From Eledone cirrhosa (taxonomy: Eukaryota), in the NCBI GenBank assembly GCA_964016885.1, contig OZ024744.1:20274001-20338000 (forward strand): a DNA stretch of 64,000 nt, given 5' to 3'. The notes under the pieces were generated by a model. It was not told the DNA's origin and ran no database searches. It saw only the letters and a program-made list of their open reading frames with translations. Position 1 is the first letter of the stretch. Each line of letters starts with the position of its first letter. Both the position numbers and the translations under genes were made by a program. Shown here piece after piece: positions 58,401 to 64,000 of this stretch.

Positions 58401-61400
58401 TTTATCAACAGTTCAACCTTAAGAACTGACTCGTTTTAACAACACTTTATTCTTCAAATAAAACTCGTTTTAACAACAGTTGAATCTTAAGAACTGACTC
58501 GTTTTAACAACAGTTGAAACTTAAGATAAAACTCGTTTTAACAACAGTTGAATCTTAAGAACTGACTCGTTTTAACAACAGCTGATACTTAAGATAAAAC
58601 TCGTTTTAACAACAGTTGAATCTTAACAACTGACTCGTTTTAACAACAGTTCAACCTTAAGAACTGACTCGTTTTAACAACAGTTGAATCTTAAGATAAA
58701 ACTTGGTTTAACAACAGTTGAATCTTAAGAACTGACTCGTTTTAACAACAGATGAATGTTCAAATAAAAGTCGTTTTAACAACAGTTGAATCTTAAGAAC
58801 TGACTCGTTTTAACAGCAGTTGAATGTTAAGATAAAACTCGTTTTAACAATAGTTGAATCTTAAGAACTGACTCGTTTTAACAACAGTTGAAACTTAAGA
58901 ACTGACTCGTTTTAACAACAGCTGAATCTTAATATAAAACTCGTTTTAACAACAGTTCAAACTTAAGAAATGATTCGTTTTAACAACAGTTGAATCTTAT
59001 GAACTGACTCATTTTAACAACAGTTGAATCTTAAGATAACATTCGTTTTAACAACAGTTGAATCTTAAGAACTGATTCGTTTTAACAGCAGTTGAATCTT
59101 AAGATAAAACTCGTTTTAACAACAGTTGAATCTTCAAATAAAACTCGTTTTAACAACAGTTGAATCTTAAGAACTGACTCGTTTTAACAACAGTTGAATC
59201 TTAAGATAAAATTCGTTTTAACAACAGTTGAATCTTAAGAACTGATTCGTTTTAACAACAGTTCAAACTTAAGAACTGACTCGTTTTAACAGCAGTTGAA
59301 TCTTAAGATAAAACTCTTTTTAACAACAGTTGAATCTTAAGAACTGACTCGTCTTAACAACAGCTGAATCTTAAGATAAAACTCGTTTTAACAACAGTTG
59401 AATCTTAAGAACTGACTCGATTTATCAACAGTTCAACCTTAAGGACTGACTCGTTTTAACAACAGTTGAATCTTCAAATAAAACTCGTTTTAACAACAGT
59501 TGAATCTTAAGAACTGACTCGTTTTAACAACAGTTCAAACTTAAGAACTGACTCGTTTTAACAACAGTTGAATCTTATGAACTGACTCATTTTAACGACA
59601 GTTGAATCTTAAGATAACATTCGTTTTAACAACAGTTGAATCTTAAGAACTGACTCGTTTTAACAACAGTTGAATCTTAAAGATAACACTCGTTTTAACA
59701 ACAGTTGAATCTTAAGAACTGACACGTTTCATCAACAATTCAACCTTAAGAACTGACTCGTTTTAACAACAGTTCAATCTTCAAATAAAACTCGTTTTAT
59801 CAACAGTTGAATCTTAAGAACTGACTCGTTTTAACAACAGTTCAACCTTAAGAACTGACTCGTTTAACAACAGTTGAATCTTCAAATAAAAGTCGTTTTA
59901 ACAACAGTTGAAACTTAAGAACCGACTCGTTTTAACAACATTTGAATCTTAAGATAAAACTCGTTTTAACAACAATTGAATCTTAAGAACTGACTCGTTT
60001 TAACAACAGTTGAATGTTAAGATAAAACTCGTTTTAACAATAGTTGAATCTTAAGAACTGACTCGTTTAACAACAGTTGAATCTTAAGATAAAACTCGTT
60101 TTAACAACAGTTGAATCTTAAGAACTGACTCGTTTCATCAACAGTTCAACCTTAAGAACGGACTCGTTTTAACAACAGTTGAATCTTCAAGTAAAACTCG
60201 TTTTAACAACAGTTGAATCTTAAGAACTGACTCGTTTTAAGAACAGTTGAATGTTAAGATAAAACTCGTTTTAACAATAGTTGAATCTTAAGAACTGACT
60301 CGTTTTAACAACAGTTGAATCTTAAGATAAAACTCGTTTTAACAACAGTTGAATCTTAAGAACTGACTCGTTTTAACAACAGCTGAATCTTAAGATAAAA
60401 CTCGTTTTAACAACAGTTGAATCTTATGAACTGACTCGTTTTATCAACAGTTCAACCTTAAGAACTGACTCGTTTTAACAACACTTTATTCTTCAAATAA
60501 AACTCGTTTTAACAACAGTTGAATCTTAAGAACTGACTCGTTTTAACAACAGTTGAAACTTAAGATAAAACTCGTTTTAACAACAGTTGAATCTTAAGAA
60601 CTGACTCGTTTTAACAACAGCTGATACTTAAGATAAAACTCGTTTTAACAACAGTTGAATCTTAACAACTGACTCGTTTTAACAACAGTTCAACCTTAAG
60701 AACTGACTCGTTTTAACAACAGTTGAATCTTCAAATAAAACTCGATTTAACAACAGTTGAATCTTAAGAACTGACTCGCTTTAACAACAGTTGAATCTTA
60801 AGATAAAACTTGTTTTAACAACAGTTGAATCTTAAGAACTGACTCGTTTTAACAACAGATGAATGTTCAAATAAAAGTCGTTTTAACAACAGTTGAATCT
60901 TAAGAACTGACTCGTTTTAACAGCAGTTGAATGTTAAGATAAAACTCGTTTTAACAATAGTTGAATCTTAAGAACTGACTCGTTTTAACAACAGTTGAAA
61001 CTTAAGAACTGACTCGTTTTAACAACAGCTGAATCTTAATATAAAACTCGTTTTAACAACAGTTCAAACTTAAGAAATGATTCGTTTTAACAACAGTTGA
61101 ATCTTATGAACTGACTCATTTTAACAACAGTTGAATCTTAAGATAACATTCGTTTTAACAACAGTTGAATCTTAAGAACTGATTCGTTTTAACAGCAGTT
61201 GAATCTTAAGATAAAACTCGTTTTAACAACAGTTGAATCTTAATAACTGACTCGTTTTAACAACAGCTGAATCTTAAGATAAAACTCGTTTTAACAACAG
61301 TTGAATCTTAAGAACTTACTCGATTTATCAACAGTTCAACCTTAAGGACTGACTCGTTTTAAAACAGTTGAATCTTCAAATAAAACTCGTTTTAACAACA

Positions 61401-62689
61401 GTTGAATCTTAAGAACTGACTCGTTTTAACAACAGTTGAATCTGAAGATAAAATTCGTTTTAACAACACTTGAATCTTAAGAACTGACTCGTTTTAACAA
61501 CAGTTGAATCTTCAAATAAAACTCGATTTAACAACAGTTGAATCTTAAGAACTGACTCGTTTTAACAACAGTTGAATCTTAAGATAAAACTTGTTTTAAC
61601 AACAGTTGAATCTTAAGAACTGACTCGTTTTAACGACAGCTGAATCTTAAGATAAAACTCGTTTTAACAACAGTTGAATCTTAAGAACTGACTCGTTTTA
61701 TCAACAGTTCAACCTTAAGAACTGACTCGTTTTAACAACAGTTGAATCATCAAATCAAACTCGTTCTAACAACAGTTGAATCTTAAGGACTGACTCGTTT
61801 TAACAACAGTCGAATCTTAAGATAAAACTCGTTTTAACAACAGTTGAATCTTAAGATAAAACTCGTTTTAACAACAGTTGAATCTTAAGAACTGACTCGT
61901 TTTAACAACAGTTCAACCTTAAGAGCTGACTCGTTTAACATCAGTTGAATCTTCAAATAAAACTCGTTTTAACAACAGTTGAAACTTAAGAACTGACTCG
62001 TTTTAACAACAGTTGAATGTTAAGATAAAACTCGTTTTAACAATAGTTGAATCTTAAGAACTGACTCGTTTTAACAACAGTTGAATCTTAAGATAAAACT
62101 CGTTTTAACAACTGTTGAATCTTAAGAACTGACTCGTTTTAACAACAGCTGAATCTTAAGATAAAACTCGTTTTAACAACAGTTGAATCTTAAGAACTGA
62201 CTCGTTTTAACAACAGTTGAATCTTCAAATAAACTCGTTTTAACAACAGTTGAATCTTAAGAACTGACTCGTTTTAACAACAGTTGAATGTTAAGATAAA
62301 ACTCGTTTTAACAATAGTTGAATCTTAAGAACTGACTCGTTTTAACAACAGCTGAATCTTAATATAAAACTCGTTTTAACAACAGTTCAAACTTAAGAAA
62401 TGACTCGTTTTAACAACAGTTGAATCTTATGAACTGACTCATTTTAACAACAGTTGAATCTTAAGATAACATTCGTTTTAACAACAGTTGAATCTTAAGA
62501 AGTGATTCGTTTTAACAGCAGTTGAATCTTAAGATAAAACTCGTTTTAACAACAGTTGAATCTTAAGAACTGACTCGTTTTAACAACAGCTGAATCTTAA
62601 GATAAAACTCGTTTTAACAACATTTGAATCTTAAGAACTGACTCGTTTTAACAACAGTTGAATCTTAAGATAAAACTCGTTTTAACAAC

Positions 62690-64000
62690 AGTTGAAACTT
62701 AAGAACCGACTCGTTTTAACAACATTTGAATCTTAAGATAAAACTCGTTTTAACAACAATTGAATCTTAAGAACTGACTCGTTTTAACAACAGTTGAATG
62801 TTAAGATAAAACTCGTTTTAACAATAGTTGAATCTTAAGAACTGACTCGTTTAACAACAGTTGAATCTTAAGATAAAACTCGTTTTAACAACAGTTGAAT
62901 CTTAAGAACTGACTCGTTTCATCAACAGTTCAACCTTAAGAACGGACTCGTTTTAACAACAGTTGAATCTTCAAATAAAACTCGTTTTAACAACAGTTGA
63001 ATCTTAAGAACTGACTCGTTTTAAGAACAGTTGAATGTTAAGATAAAACTCGTTTTAACAATAGTTGAATCTTAAGAACTGACTCGTTTTAACAACAGTT
63101 GAATCTTAAGATAAAACTCGTTTTAACAACAGTTGACTCTTAAGAACTGACTCGTTTTAACAACAGCTGAATCTTAAGATAAAACTCGTTTTAACAACAG
63201 TTGAATCTTATGAACTGACTCGTTTTATCAACAGTTCAACCTTAAGAACTGACTCGTTTTAACAACACTTTATTCTTCAAATAAAACTCGTTTTAACAAC
63301 AGTTGAATCTTAAGAACTGACTCGTTTTAACAACAGTTGAAACTTAAGATAAAACTCGTTTTAACAACAGTTGAATCTTAAGAACTGACTCGTTTTAACA
63401 ACAGCTGATACTTAAGATAAAACTCGTTTTAACAACAGTTGAATCTTAACAACTGACTCGTTTTAACAACAGTTCAACCTTAAGAACTGACTCGTTTTAA
63501 CAACAGTTGAATCTTCAAATAAAACTCGATTTAACAACAGTTGAATCTTAAGAACTGACTCGTTTTAACAACAGTTGAATCTTAAGATAAAACTTGGTTT
63601 AACAACAGTTGAATCTTAAGAACTGACTCGTTTTAACAACAGATGAATGTTCAAATAAAAGTCGTTTTAACAACAGTTGAATCTTAAGAACTGACTCGTT
63701 TTAACAGCAGTTGAATGTTAAGATAAAACTCGTTTTAACAATAGTTGAATCTTAAGAACTGACTCGTTTTAACAACAGTTGAAACTTAAGAACTGACTCG
63801 TTTTAACAACAGCTGAATCTTAATATAAAACTCGTTTTAACAACAGTTCAAACTTAAGAAATGATTCGTTTTAACAACAGTTGAATCTTATGAACTGACT
63901 CATTTTAACAACAGTTGAATCTTAAGATAACATTCGTTTTAACAACAGTTGAATCTTAAGAACTGATTCGTTTTAACAGCAGTTGAATCTTAAGATAAAA
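62690..64000. repeat. Copy of ~31260-32570 (offset 31430), continuing past the window end
   Basis: AAGAACCGAC 31271/62701, AGTTGACTCT 31701/63131, TATTCTT 31841/63271, AACTTGGTTT 32161/63591. Confidence 0.8.

Larger units (their letters stand above)
33390..60660. repeat. Long-range duplication: ~33390-41020 is repeated at ~52995-60660 (offset ~19606-19708)
   Basis: Rare marker pairs: TTCGACCTT 36701/56375, GGTTCATC 37061/56701, AAAACGTGTT 37801/57441, TCAAACATAAG 38501/58209, TATTCTT 38740/58448 and 40847/60487. Confidence 0.85.
1..64000. repeat. Tandem satellite array, 34-bp monomer (~1,880 copies), A/B monomers mostly alternating as a 68-bp dimer; runs off both window ends
   Basis: AGTTGAATCT starts at 1, 35, 69, 103 (period 34) and the pattern continues to base 64000 without non-repeat interruption or inversion. 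Consensus AGTTGAATCTTAAGA(ACTG|TAAA)ACTCGTTTTAACAAC. Confidence 0.99.
31100..64000. repeat. Right satellite sub-domain (variant family R)
   Basis: Variants seen only on this side by eye: CACTTTATTCTT (13 copies counted, ~31841 to ~63271), GATGAATGTTC, ATAAAAGTCG, AAGAACGGAC, CTTAATATAAAAC, AATCATCAAATCAAAC, CCTTAAGAGC. Confidence 0.85.

Noticed and set aside
1-64000. CRISPR array: GTTTTAACAACAGTTGAATCTTAAGATAAAAC has GTTTTA...AAAAC ends and a length reminiscent of type II CRISPR repeats
   Set aside because: There are no unique spacers (units abut, with only TC between them), variation lies inside the repeats, and there is no leader or cas gene. CRISPR finders could falsely call it.
1-64000. 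Repetitive protein-coding ORF in the standard code
   Set aside because: 34 is not a multiple of 3, so frames rotate through every stop. Each monomer has TAA twice on both strands plus TGA on the + strand, limiting ORFs to about 100 bp.
1-64000. Minus-strand consensus has no TGA, so it would be endlessly open if TAA/TAG were reassigned (ciliate-type code)
   Set aside because: Frequent variants (TTCAA, TCAT, ATCA on +) create minus-strand TGA, +/-1 indels are tolerated, and no codon-position bias is evident. Nothing indicates such a genetic code.
1-64000. Telomerase-made or rolling-circle reverse-transcriptase concatemer, or a sequencing concatemer artefact
   Set aside because: Variants are inherited in ordered kb-scale blocks, which indicates DNA-level duplication history and not repeated copying of one short template. 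There is also no G-rich telomere-like strand.
1-64000. Transcription-factor-like motifs (CAGTTG/CAGCTG E-box or Myb-like, TGACTCA AP-1-like, AATAAA in CTTCAAATAAAAC)
   Set aside because: Short motifs are expected by chance in any monomer and are multiplied by repetition. No gene context supports a function.

Overview
The whole 64 kb window is one uninterrupted, head-to-tail, single-orientation tandem satellite array of about 1,880 copies of a 34-bp AT-rich monomer (~30% GC). Two monomer classes differ at a 4-nt switch and mostly alternate as a 68-bp dimer: A = AGTTGAATCTTAAGA-ACTG-ACTCGTTTTAACAAC and B = AGTTGAATCTTAAGA-TAAA-ACTCGTTTTAACAAC. I found no unique sequence, gene, RNA gene, transposon or CRISPR spacer. 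The organisation is typical of eukaryotic satellite or heterochromatic DNA, but I cannot name the family or organism. The structure is hierarchical: a 17-bp sub-repeat, the 34-bp monomer, the 68-bp dimer, ordered cassettes of variant monomers, and kb-scale duplications (offsets about 2,246, 2,450, 3,025, 4,144, 4,217, 7,300-7,380, 19,640 and 31,430 bp). There are two variant domains with a boundary near 30-31 kb. The most unusual observation is that each state of the A/B switch completes a different inverted repeat. All offsets were read by eye from rare marker variants, so block boundaries are approximate. I see no evidence here for a novel protein-coding system.
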